64,000 nt of DNA from Klebsormidium nitens (taxonomy: Eukaryota > Plantae > Klebsormidiophyceae): the NCBI GenBank assembly GCA_000708835.1, contig DF237045.1:1-64000 (forward strand), in the 5' to 3' direction. Below the pieces are notes generated by a model, which saw only the letters and a list, made by a program, of their open reading frames with translations, was not told where the DNA came from and did not search any database. The translations under genes were made by a program, and so were the position numbers. Position 1 is the stretch's first letter, and each line of letters opens with the position of its first letter. Of this stretch, positions 23,393 through 35,368 are shown piece after piece.

Positions 23393-25718
23393 CTACCTTT
23401 GTAGCAGATATGCCCCAGTGTCTCTGAGGCCCTGCTGAGATATTCCAAACTTATGTTTCTCCTTCACTCTTCTCTGCAGCTTGTTTTCTCAAGGACATCA
23501 CTTGGTGTTCTAGTGTGAATCACCAGTATCTGCGCAGAGCTTTTGAGGCTGAGCTTGAAGGAGAGAGGGAAGGCGTCATGCCAAAACAACGCTTCCCCAC
23601 TAATCCGAGAACACCCAGCTCATCAGGTGGAGCGTCGGGACTCCTACAGCTCCGCCTCTCCACAGGTACCTATGTACGGTGCTTCTTGTCACTTTCAGTG
23701 AAAAGTGCCATTTTCGTTTTGAGTTCCAAACGCAATTCCTTCTGCAAGAGACAGAAAACGGCAGAGAGGAGGCTGTCAAGTTTTGTCTGAAGACAAGTTT
23801 TGATCACGGATTGATCAGCAAAACTTTTGAATCTAGAGGACTTGCCCGATCGACGGATTCGATTGAGAGTTTCTCCATCGACGGTTACAGGTAGCTGAGA
23901 GTTCCTGTGAACGGTAACTGCAGCTGGGTAGCCCCCGGCGGTGGTTTCGTGAAAGCACCCCGGTCACTGCCTAAGTTATGAGATGGATTAGCGGCATTTT
24001 CCCCGGGTGCGTCTCGATACCCGGGGTAAGAGACAGCTTGATATTGGTCAATTACGATCTGCTGATGTCATGACCTGACTCAAAGACCAATCAGATTTGA
24101 GCAATGAGCAATTCAGTGCGTCAGCAACCGAGCAATCATTGAGTCATGCATGAGTCCGTCATGGTCATGCCAACATGGTGCATTTGGCAGGGGGACTCGA
24201 CGTGGAAGAGCGCAACTTCTTTTTGGAGCAAATATCTTTGAAGGAAAGCTGGGCATCAAAGCTAGGATAAAACTGCTTGGGCGCTTGCAAGGTTGAACTT
24301 GCGGTGCGGTCTCTCGTGACTGCGTTTGTGTAGCATAGATTTTGACCGCCTGTGAAGCTACATAATATTTTGGAAAGTCCACCACCTGGGGAAGGTTGAA
24401 GCCCCGAAAAGGCAACAGGATGGGGCGTGGCGGCGATGCAACGGTTCCTGCTGAAGGACAGCGCGTCCCAGCATTCCCCCGAGCTCCATCGGTATGCCCC
24501 TCGTGCTACCTGAGCTAGATCTGGAACTTCTTTTGACTACTTGAGTGTTATCTTCGTGTCCAAGCAATCAGTCCATCTTAGTGTCAGATCTTTAATCGGT
24601 CTCAAGCCGGTGGTGCATTGATGTGGCTCCAAGTCCGCAGGAGACCTTGGAGCGAGGGTTCCGTCTAGATCTGGTCTCAATCTACTTTCTGCACTTTTAT
24701 GATGCATTTATTGACATGCGTTATAGATTAAAGGATTGTCAACAGAATTGGAATAATGTCAAGATTTGGTAATGGTGTCAGTGACCCTTAATTTGATGGA
24801 CTTTGCATCAATTCTGAAACTATGCGCAGTGACTTTGTTTGCTCCGCAGTTTGAGAATCTTTCTTCAAATCAAGTGCTAGAGGCAGGGCTCCTTTTATTT
24901 GATGACAAAACAAGCTTGTCGTGAGATCTTGGGGCAGCTTTTGCACAAAACTCTTCGATTATTGAGTGGTACTTAAATTGCTCTTTATGGTTTATTTCCA
25001 TAGATCTGCGACCATCAGAGCAGCGTTTCTTTTGCTGCCGATCTGCGCAGATTGTCCTTTCTGGATTGGTTGGAAGTTTGTTGCGTCTAAGTCTGCCAAT
25101 TCTCCGAATCCGCTCAAGTGTAGCAAGGGATTTTGACCAGGCATCGAACCAGCAATTCTGCAACATCTAGGATTGAAGTATGCAAATTTGACATTGAACG
25201 AATTGGGCAATTTGTAATCTGCGTCAGGCATCACAAGTGCCATTTATTGGGATTTACCTGTCCTTTGATGTGACATTTGAGAGTTAAAGCAGTTTCAATA
25301 GGGCAGTTTTGAGCATTCAAGGGCGGATTTGCGTCTTCATTTTAGTGTTCTCCTCTTGTTTGTTGACTTTCTTGAACCACAAAATCCTTGGTGAATGGTT
25401 GGTGTTTGTTTCTCAGACCCGTCATTTTTCAGGTTATGTAACTTGACTTTTGCAAGCAGAAGAAGTGGTGCACTGGAAGAAGATGTTGAAAGAATTTATA
25501 GAAGCCATCTTTAGATTTTCATATGTTTCCATCTTTGGTTCAACTCAAGAAACCATGACGACTTATCACTACAGAAGTCCTATCAGCCTCATCTTCTAAG
25601 GCGCAACGCTTTCCATACCCACCCGGCTAACAGATTCTTGCAGGTTTCTGATAGGCTTATTGCCTTTGAAATATAGAAGTAGTCTCCAAACCCCCACCTC
25701 CCCTTCTTTCCCCCACAG

Positions 25719-28700
25719 GACAAGCCCCCCTTCACCGTCGGCGACCTCAAGCGCGCGATTCCCCCCCACTGCTTCAAGCGCTCCCTGCTGACATCATTCT
25801 CCTACCTGGCCACCGACCTCGCAATCATCGCCGCGCTGGCCTTTTCCACTCGCTACTTCGAGCACCCCACCGTCCCAAAACTTGTGTCGTACCTTGTTCT
25901 CTGGCCCCTCTACTGGGCAATCTGTGGCAGCGTGGCCACGGGAGTCTGGGTCATCTCTCACGAGTGCGGCCATCAGGCATTCAGCGACTATGGATGGGTC
26001 AACGACACCGTCGGGCTCGTGTTTCACTCCGCACTCCTGGTGCCCTACTTCTCGTGAGTGGCTGTCTCTCTGATCTGACTTTCCTAGCCTTGCGTTGTCT
26101 GTAATTTATTATTCCCTGGGTTGTCTGCTCCTGTAAGGTGAATCCCTGTCGCAATACGGGTGTGGTCAGGCTCGAGGGACTTGCGCATGCAGTTGCTACA
26201 GTGCCTCTAGTAGTCAATAAACCATTCACTGTTCACGTGTTTGAACGGCCACACTGTCAAAAAAATTGCACGGTTCGTTGGCAGCAGAGCAGACTCAGAT
26301 ATCAGAAAGTTGCCAGTGGTATCAAGAACCCTCTTTGGAACTATGGGTCACTGCAGAGTTATGGGTCACTGCAGAGTTACAAGAAGTTGGCCACTCTTGA
26401 GCCCAAGTCGAGCGCCTTCCTGGATGCTGACGTCAGCACTCCTTGCAGGTGGAAGTACTCGCACCGAAGGCATCACAGCAACACCGGAAGTCTGGCCAAA
26501 GACGAGGTGAGCTCCGCAGGTTTTCGGATGGGTTCGCAAAACTGCACAGCTTGCCGCTGAACATTCTGCACCGAGTGCTGATAGCGGGCTAGTAACCAGT
26601 TGCCCAAAAACCTTCTGTGGCCGCGTGTGTTTTTCGCGGAACAGCACAAAGGGGCTAGGCCCTTGAGTCATCACGCTTTCGATTCGTGAGGCAGCTTGCG
26701 CTTTTGACCACTGTCGAGCTTCTCGAGTATCTCACCTGCAACTTGCATCTTCCATATTTTGTGGCCAGTGGTACCCTGGCTGTCGTTGAAAGCGATTGCT
26801 CCATTGCAGGTGTTTGTCCCCCCTCACGCGGACAACCTGCCTTGGTTTGGCGTCCTGACCGAGTTCTCTCTAGGCCGTTTCATGTACCTCACCTTCATGC
26901 TCCTCGCCGGCTGGTGAGTCAATCTTTCGAGGAGCCTCGTTTTCTTGGTCCTTCTGCACTGGAGGCCAGTCCTTTTCTTGATCTTTTCAGGGTCGGGGTT
27001 CCAGTTTATTTGATAGGCCAGTTCGAACCCGTAATAAAGCTGGCTTCTCTTCTTCGAAGTTTCATCGCTGACGTCTCGGTCGCTGAAGTGGGAGCCTGGT
27101 CCAGAGGATGGATTGACCCATCTTGACCGTGTCTTCTAATCGCCCTCGATGAGTGGTTCCTGATTCTCGAGAGATGAAAGTAAGAGTGCTCCTTGGTTGT
27201 CAAATTCCAGGAGATTGCATACTTTCCTTGATGAGGGAGAGGTCGCTTTAGACAGCCAATGACGCGGTCCCCAGCGTTGTCGATTTGGCACAGTGCTGAG
27301 GCGTAGAGGAAGCGGGGGGGCTTGCAAGTCTATGAAAATTCTGGCAAAAACATTACCAAAATATCTTGATTTCTAGCTTAACCATGCCGTCGTACTCCAT
27401 TGCTAACACAAGCTGCGGCCATATCAAGCAACAACAATTTCTCGAGAATGTTCAACTGATGGCGAAAACACAAAGTATCAGAGTTTCTTCTCCTTTGCTA
27501 ACACAAGCCGCAGCCATCTCAAGCAACAACAAACTCTCGGAAATGTTCCTTCGGTGACAGACATACAAATGCACCAGGCCCCCTTCTTTTCCAGGCCGTC
27601 ATACCTCATCTCCAATGCAACCGGCCGCCCCTACAAGGGGTGGGCCAATCACTTCGTCCCTTAGTCGCCCATTGTGCATTATTGCTAACAAGCCCGCAGT
27701 CTATTCCAACGACAACTTCGAGAATATTCCTCTAATGGCAAAATTACAAAGGGTCAAAGTCCCTTCTTTTCCAGGCCGTCATACCTCATCACCAACGCGA
27801 CCGGCCGCCCTTACAAAGGTTGGGCGAACCACTTCGTCCCCCAGTCGCCTATCTTCAACAAGAGCGAGCAGTTCTTCGTCCTCGTCAGCGATCTCGCGCT
27901 GGTTGCAGTGATCTACGGGCTCTACACTCTGAGCGGCTTGTACGGCGGCGCTTGGCTCTTCAAGGTGAGACGCTCTCTTGTTAGGGGCCTCCGTAATAAG
28001 TGACAGTTGAGACGCCTTCCACGGCCAGAGACTTTGTACCCTGCTCCATTGCATTATTTTCTGCGAAACGTGGGTTACGCTCATGGGCTTGAGTCTGCTT
28101 CTAAGGATTGTCACGACTTATTTCGACGCTTTGCACTGGACTCTCCTTATCAATCTCTGAATCAATGACAGGACCCTGCCCGTGTCAATGCGAGAGAAAT
28201 CGTTGCAGCGCTGTCAAAACACAACTCACGCTGCACAGCCCTAAAATTCAGCAACCCTGCAGCTGATTCACTTCCTCTACCAATCAAAGGCCGATATTGA
28301 GCATATGCAACGGCTTTCTGTTCAGCCGGTCGACTTCCAACCATTCCCACACCGCCACTTTTCTTACAGGTTTACGGCGCCCCCCTGCTGGTGGTCAACA
28401 GCTTCCTGGTGCTCATCACATTCCTGCAGCACACGCACCCCGCACTGCCGCACTACAAGGACAAGGAGTGGGACTGGCTGCGCGGGGCGCTCGCCACCGT
28501 TGATCGCGACTACGGCATCCTCAATATCGGTGAGCTTTTGCAAGATCTTTTGTTTACTGTTCTTCTTAATGGTTTGTCATCTGGAACGGGTTTGGTCCGT
28601 GGGTTGTTGATTGAACAGCGTTTGGGACACTGAAGTGGTCGTGCAAGGAGCTCGCCACCGTCGATTGCAACTACCGCATCCTTACCATTGGAGAGCATTT

Positions 28701-29741
28701 TGTCGGTTATGTTTGGACGGTTCTCTTCTTTTGCGAAATGTCATGTGAGCAGCTTTGGAAGGACTGGGTCCGGGGAATTGAGGCGTCCTTCTGGCTTTTA
28801 GTCGCGACATGAAACTTTCAACATCATTGAGTTTTTGCCGCTCCTCCTGTGGGCCATTGTGCCCCACAGTGAACGGGCTTTCAATCCGACTGTCTGTGCG
28901 GCATACTCGCCACGTCGAGTGCATCTTGCTGATCCCAAAGTTCAGTGAGGCCTTTGCCGTTACCCATTGGTCGATGCCTTTGCGGATCCCCTCGTGAAGG
29001 ATGCTCTTCTCGGGCCCCACTGACATCAGCGTGACGTCGTTCTGCAGCGCACCACCACATTGCCGACACCCACGTGGCGCACCACCTGTTCTCCACGATG
29101 CCCCACTACCACGCGCAGGAGGCGACGGAGGCGATCAAGCCGGTGCTCGGGCCGTACTATCAGAAGGACACGACGCCCATCTACGAGGCCATGTGGCGGG
29201 AGATCAAGGAGTGCAACTACGTGAGTGCCATGTGTCGTTTGCACGATACGCCTGTGATTGATTGGCTTGATGCTTCTGCCAGGGCTGGCTCTGCTTCTCG
29301 GCCTTTGCCTCCACGATAAGTTACGGGGCCGTTTGGCGGGAGATCAAGGTCTGCAATTACGTGAATGCCACGTTCTGGTCTGCCGGTATGGCACAACAGT
29401 TTACTGAAGAGTACGGCCTTTATTGAAATGACGGTATGGCGAGGGTTGCTGTCGCAATTGTTCAAGAGAAGTGTAATGGAAGCGAGAGTGGTTGTGTGTC
29501 AACTTTCGTCCGAACGAGATGTTTAGTTCGTTTCCCCCTTCGGTAAATCTGAACGCGTCTCCTTCTATCTTCGAGCCAGGCTACTGAAGGGTTACAAAAG
29601 GGACCGCTTGACTGTTCTTTTGGGTTGTCCGGGTACTGAGGGATGTATCCTTTTTGGCAGGTTGAGGCTGACGAGCCGTCCAAGCCGGGCGTCCTTTGGA
29701 TGAAGAGCCGCAGCGACCTGAAGGCAAAGAAGGGCAACTAG
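25719..29741 (+). CDS. FAD2: Delta-12/omega-6 fatty acid desaturase (ER type); first exon(s) upstream of 25719 unresolved
   Basis: [18 protein letters not shown]; three His boxes [19 protein letters not shown] and [15 protein letters not shown]; [12 protein letters not shown]; [16 protein letters not shown]. Exons 25719-26053, 26449-26506, 26810-26913, 27775-27964, 28370-28529, 29048-29220, 29661-29741. Confidence 0.95.
27400..27774 (+). repeat. Three tandem copies of the FAD2 intron 3' end; the middle copy carries a duplicated acceptor plus ~79 nt of exon
   Basis: Units begin TTGCTAAC at ~27400, ~27495 and ~27682; CCCTTCTTTTCCAG/GCCGTCATACCTCATC occurs with exon starts at 27595 and 27775, 180 nt apart. 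Confidence 0.9.
28648..28702 (+). repeat. Intronic echo of a FAD2 exon 3' end plus donor site
   Basis: GAGCTCGCCACCGTCGATTGCAACTACCGCATCCTTACCATTGGAGAGCATTTTG versus genuine GCGCTCGCCACCGTTGATCGCGACTACGGCATCCTCAATATCG/GTGAGCTTTTG; donor GT is GA in the echo. Confidence 0.8.
29322..29373 (+). repeat. Intronic echo of the penultimate FAD2 exon 3' end plus donor site
   Basis: TACGGGGCCGTTTGGCGGGAGATCAAGGTCTGCAATTAC/GTGAATGCCA versus TACGAGGCCATGTGGCGGGAGATCAAGGAGTGCAACTAC/GTGAGTGCCA, offset 140 nt. Confidence 0.85.
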
Positions 29742-30639
29742 CCGAAGTTCGCATTACGGCTGGCCCTTTCTGCAAAAAAAACACGCCGATGGATGGTAAC
29801 TCTTGCATTATTGCGTTGGCGTTGCTCGCGGAGCGAATTGGCGAGAAGCTGGATTTGGGATTCGTAGCGCCGGGCACATTGCCACGAGTGCGCTGGTTGG
29901 GAGTGCTGATTTGTACAGGATGTCTCTGATATTGAGAGTTCGTATGCACGAACAACGATTGCATGTAGCGGAAGAGGAACGGGAGTGCTTGATCCGAGGG
30001 AGGGTCGATAGGCAGTTGTATAGTTGTTCCCCCAATCAGATTCTGTTGAGCCACGCCTAATTAGGATTGCATGTACACTAAGCGCCACTTGCCACTCAGT
30101 TTCAATGACTGCCGTTGTTGATCTTCTAGAATCATCTGAAGTTTGCGTAGCCTTCTCCTGCACCGACTGACACAATGCTTCCAGCCCCACTGATCAGGTC
30201 TACTGACAAGGATTCAGTCATATGTTTACTCGATTTGATTCTTGACTTGATTCGAACTTCATGCACCTTTTTCTCAGGTTGCTCAATCGGATCACATGGC
30301 GGATGTGATTGTTGGAACGCCATAACATGTCTCGATATTGTGCATTGTATGTCAAAACACAACCTGCGTCACACACTCTCTAGTTGCCGACGACGGGCTT
30401 CCTTGGTCGAAAACACAGTGGGCGCCATTGAATGCCTTGGAGACAGCGGGGAGAGCGCTATAGGCCGGAGCTTAACCCCCGCGTTACATCAGGCAGGATA
30501 TCCATAGGCTGAGCGTTATGAAAAACCGGTTCTGGTTGTAGGATCGAAGAACACACATGTATGGTGCTTCGAAGTTGCGCAATACACCGATCACACAAGC
30601 TGTTCCGCCTGAATTTCGTGAGGACGACTTCCGACCATC

Positions 30640-31109
30640 TAGCAATCTTTCTCTTCAATCTCTTCCCTTGACGGTTTGTCTCCCTTGGTGCCATAGGCTA
30701 TATACGGCCCCTCATACCTATAGGGATGACGGACTAGTTTAGGTATAATAAGAGCTAGGTATAATAAGCTCCCGTACACTAAAAAACCTAACCCAACAAT
30801 CTACCTGCTCTGCACCCGTACGCACCCTAACCCCCATACTAACCCCACCCGTCCCAGGCCTGCGAGCTTATTATACCTGCCGCTTATTATACCTGATTAG
30901 TCCGAGTTCCTATAGGGTACAACCTCCATTCACTGGCATTAACTTTTATGCTCTCCGCGACGTCAAATGTCGCCACGTCATCCAGCATCATGTGAAACGC
31001 AACCTTCCGAGGAACGTCAGCCGTCGATTCGCATAAGGATGGTACGCCGTATACACCGGAGTGCGGCGGTTTCTCCATCGCAACCTCCGGAATCAACCAC
31101 ATTTTCCCC
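30640..31109 (-). pseudogene. Unknown ORF/exon interrupted by the MITE
   Basis: After an acceptor-like TGACAG the frame reads GKMWLIPEVAMEKPPHSGVYGVPSLC..VAFHMMLDDVATFDVAESIKVNASEWRLYP. Removing the MITE and one TA continues it in frame as RYEGPYIAYGTKGDKPSREEIEEKDC*. No family recognised. Confidence 0.3.
30721..30912. mobile_element. MITE (~192 bp) with long imperfect TIRs and TA flanks; Tc1/mariner-Stowaway-like
   Basis: Left end TAGGGATGACGGACTAGTTTAGGTATAATAAGAGCTAGGTATAATAAGCTC versus reverse complement of right end TAGGAACTCGGACTAATCAGGTATAATAAGCGGCAGGTATAATAAGCTC; TA at 30719-30720 and 30913-30914; no coding capacity. Confidence 0.8.
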
Positions 31110-32075
31110 TGTCAATGCGTCATCAGATTCATGGCTTCCTTCCAGGACTCCACTGACGTGACCACAGCGTTTGTACGGTAGCTGAGGAGAAGGGCAGCAT
31201 GTTTGAGCTGAAGTTGTTACAACTGTTTGAATGGGGAAAGGAAGAGGTCTCCTTGCAACAGAAGAAGGGGATACGGGGCGACGCTGCAGAATCAGGCAAG
31301 GGGACCTGATTGGGAGACCTGGAGGTTACGCAGGCGTAGTTTGAGGGGTTTTCATGAGCTGGGTCCAATGTGAAATACATGAAAGATTATTGGCACCTCA
31401 CACATAAGAGCTGATTAGCTAGCTGGCCCAGTAAATGATGAAAACATAAGCCGTCTGGCTTTGACTGGAGACTTGCTATTGATGTTGGATTGAGCTGAGG
31501 TAAGAATTCGATGCTGAGATCTGACGTTTGCTACATTGGGGCTGAATACTGAGAAAAAGGTATGTTGCCCGATTGCAGGATGCTTGCAAAAGTCTTGATA
31601 TCTTTGGTGGTAAACCAGGCTTCTATGCGGAGCGCTCATCCGAGCAATTGGTGGTGTCTTCCACAGAAATTTCAACGCTCAATCAGCTCTCTTGATAAGA
31701 TTATATATCTCTTTTATGGAAGGTTTCTGAGTGTTCTCACCGATTAATAACAATATTTTGTTTAAGCCAACGTAGGCTCCAAAAGGGAGCCTGAATTATG
31801 GTTGCTGCTTTACACTACCTTTGACAGTGCTGCCTCAGGCCTGGAAAGGAAGGCTCGGCGGTTGGATTATCAAACTAGGATAGGGACAATGACCACTATC
31901 AGAAAGAGGCACTTTTCAGCAATGAAGCTTCCGAGAGGAGTATACTCGAAGTGTTACTATGAGATAGAAGCCACTAACACTTGGAAGATCCCTGTTTGCA
32001 GGAATTTGGTTTGAACAACTACCGACACGCGAGCGCAGCAATAGCTGAAGACCCCACTTAGACTCCCCGCGCAGA

Positions 32076-34183
32076 ATGGGTTGTGCGTCCTCAAGGGAAG
32101 CATCAGGGGAGCCAATCAAACAAATCAGCGGCCCCATTGCCGTTGTCAAGCAGACGCCAACTTTCAAGGCCGTGCAACACGAGCACGCTGATGTCACCGC
32201 TGACTCAGCGAGGGCGGCCGCTGGTTCTGTGCGGTCCTCCCCTGAGGCCTCCGGTTCGGACGACACTGTGAGCATTCACACCAAGGAGTATGCGGGGCAA
32301 GATGCAGGCGTTAAGAAGCCCCTGTCGGCACCACTGACAGTTGAGATCACCCCAGCAGGGGAGGATGTGACAGCTGTCAGGGACCCGAGGAAAGGATACT
32401 CTGGCCTGCTCCCTGGGGGTGAACTTCCCCCATTGCAGACCCCCCCAACCGGAAGGCCACTCAGGCGGCCAACAAGGTCACTTTCCCTGGAGCCAACCAA
32501 AGCCTCACAACTAGAGGGTGACGCTTTGAGGGCCGCAATCGAGAGACCCTCTGGAGCGCTTTTTTCCGCCATGCCCCCTTCTCTGGCTGTTGGTAAATGC
32601 GGCACGGTCAGCTTCTCCAATCCCCTGAAAGGCGAACTTGCGGGCAACCGAATCACCTTCGAAAACCCCCAGGCCCGCCGGACATCCCTCTCGGGAAACG
32701 AGGGTTCACCCAGGGTTAGCGCCAAAACCCAGTCCTATGTCGCAAGCTGGTTAGCGGCGCTAAACCTCTCCCAATACGCAGCTGCGTTTGAGTTAGCGGG
32801 GTACGATGAGTCTGACACCCTGGCAAACTTGTCCCCTGCCGACTTAACCCAAATCGAAACCTTTGCCGGTATCAGCATCCTTCCCGGGCACAAGAAGCGG
32901 TTAGTGCTTGCCAGTGCGCGCCCGGTTAGCGCTAACCAGTCTGCACCGGTCTCGCCTTACCTGACGCGGACGCCGGAAGCGGCCAGGTTGATGTCAAGGT
33001 CGCCCGACACAGACACCTGTGGAGAACTTGACACTTTATCAAGCCGAGCGACAGAGTCACTGACTTCTAGCCCCGCTTCCGTTTTGCCTACTCTAGTCCT
33101 CCCCCGAAGTTTGCTTGAGGCCAGAAAGGGGGGCCATTTGGCGCGTACCCATCTCCCAGAAGGGAGTCCAGCCCACCCCTCTTTTGAGGGAGAAGATCGG
33201 CGCAGCTCCTGGGGGGGGGCGCAAGAAAGTGGCTTGAGGGGGGGGGGATCCGGGGAGCACGTTTTGGTGGAGGGGGAACGCTTCAAAAGGGGCCCTCAGA
33301 GGCGGACGCTTAGGAACGCTCGGCGATCGCCCCGGCACATAATACGATTGAAGGCGGGGGGGCCTTGGGGGGCGGATTCTGCCTCCGAAACGGAGGGGGT
33401 AAAAGGGAGGGGGTTGACCTTCCAAAATGTGGCGGCAATGGAGGGGTCGCCTATGAGTGTCGAGAGGAGGGCAGAGTTGAGACAATTGAAAGCGCAACTG
33501 CAAGCCAAGGTTAGTTGCGAACCTGCTTGCATCTGGCAAATTGAGGACGAATGAAGGGTGGAGCAAAACGTGCTTTGCAGATTGGTCTCAGTTCCTGTCC
33601 CTCTGCTTAGTTCCGCTTGTTCGCACACAAAGTTTCGTTGTGAAATCCACGCTACTCGTGGAAGCTAAAAGGTCCAAGTTCGGTACAGCAATGTCTTGGT
33701 GGCTCTTTTAATCCAACCGGAATGGGCGCACCCCGAATGCAGTGGTTGTCACCTGGTAGAACGGTATTCGATTGGTACCGTTTGCTCAGGATATTGCTTT
33801 GAGGATGTATTGCCGAACACTTTCCTTCTCTGAGGGACAGAAACGTGATTTGATGAAGATCATTCATCTCCTTATGGTGTTCACTGCTGGTGACATCTCG
33901 GCATATGACCCCTCAACTGACAGTCAGTATCCATATTTCAATCACAGGTGGAGGAACTACGCTTGGCACAGACGAAGGATAACTACGCAGCTCTCAGTCC
34001 GCAGCCCCTGACCTCGTCTGCGGAGAGCAGGCTTCAAAAGGTTCGTTCAAACCGTTTGCGGTCAGACTCGTGATGAGATGGCTTGTCAAGTTCCCGAATT
34101 CCACGCGACCGTATTTTTCTCTGTAGGCTCGAAGCGAGTCCTCTGAGATAGCACGGGCTACCAACACAGGGGTTCCTTCATAA
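32076..34183 (+). CDS. SAM (sterile alpha motif) domain protein with N-terminal MGCxxS acylation motif and C-terminal coiled coil
   Basis: MGCASS start; SAM-like VASWLAALNLSQYAAAFELAGYDESDTLANLSPADLTQIETFAGISILPGHKKRLV (~32733-32925); exons 32076-33509, 33948-34040, 34127-34183 join in phase 0. Confidence 0.8.
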
Positions 34184-35115
34184 GTCGCTCAGAAACATTG
34201 GTTGCTTCCAAAACTGTTAAGGATAATTCTGGAAACCGACAAAGGTGGAGGAGACAATTCCGTTCCCGTCGCATGTGTCCGCTTTGTCTAAGACGTCTGT
34301 CTGTTGTAAGTCTCCTTTGCTCTTTTCTGCATTCTCGTTGCTGTCTCCTCTCTTTCCCATTGTTCAAATCTTTCTGGTGCTTGACATACCTGCATTGTCG
34401 CATCTTTGCTACAGTTGGACAGCGCAATCCGGCGGCAAGATCCGGCACAGGTCGCGGCAACTACAACATGACACATTGACGACTCGGATTTCCGACCAAA
34501 TAGAGAACCTGCTCTTACTTGGTCGAAGCCAAAGCGTCGTTTTCTATTGTATAATTCATCAGCAGCTGGTTCTAATAAATCAAAGGGCAGACCATGGTGA
34601 ACCATCGAGACTTCCAGCCGAGTGAGGTGCAATCTGAAGGGAATGAGAACACGGTTTTGTTTTGATAGATAGATGGCTCTGCTGACAAGAACACGCATAA
34701 TTGTCCTTAACGAGTCCAAAACACTGAGGCCTGAAAAACGGCAAAAACAGTTCGATGAACTCCTTCGTGTTGTGCAAGATAGCTAGAATATATGGCTTTT
34801 GGAACCAGCCTCGGACTCACAGATCTGGCGGAAGGGGATATTCTCGTCAGTGATGATTTAGAGTAGGCTTTTGAGCTGGTCGGCAATTAATTGGGACAAG
34901 AAAAGCGTATGGATACCTAGACACGGTTGTGCATTGGAAGACCCTCGTTATGTTTCAGGTTTTTGTGCTTGCGCTTGATAATACGTTGGCGTAGGGCTGA
35001 AGTTCACCCAATAGTATCAGGGGCGCCATACCAGCAACCCACGGCCCAAATTTGCCGTATGGTAAGTGCATGGTACGATTCTATATCGCTCGGGAAAAGG
35101 CCGGCCGCCTGCAAT

Positions 35116-35368
35116 CATGCATGCAAAAAGGGTCGGCAAATCAATTGTCATGCAGCAGCATCATGCCCCATAATATGGCGCAACTTTGCGGCAAGTGGTA
35201 GCAAGTCAAGGACGAGGGGCCCACATTTGTAAGAATATTGACAAAAGTCTCCTACACTGATGCATCGCAAAGATAATCGACTGATCGAGATCTGTCATGT
35301 GAAACGATCTACGCGCACATGTATACCTAGAGGCTCCAATGATACAGGCTCTGCTCTTTTCATGCATG
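35116..35368. other. CATG/RY-motif-rich intergenic island 3
   Basis: 8 CATG in ~250 bp, including two CATGCATGCA. Confidence 0.5.

Noticed and set aside
24113-25243. Candidate 5' exons of CENP-C or FAD2 (e.g. MALVMPDADYKLPNSFNVKFAYFN)
   Set aside because: Could not be joined in phase to either gene with confidence; left unannotated.
29295-29310. GCTTCTCGGCCTTT resembling the U2 snRNA 5' end
   Set aside because: Similarity stops after 14 nt; no GTGTAGTA branch-pairing region or Sm site.
34288-34900. Possible small minus-strand spliced gene (RLHLTRLEVSMVHHGLPFDLLEPAADELYNRKRRFGFDQ...)
   Set aside because: Splice-like sites exist, but no start, consistent phase chain or family motif could be established; it overlaps the likely 3' UTR of the SAM gene.
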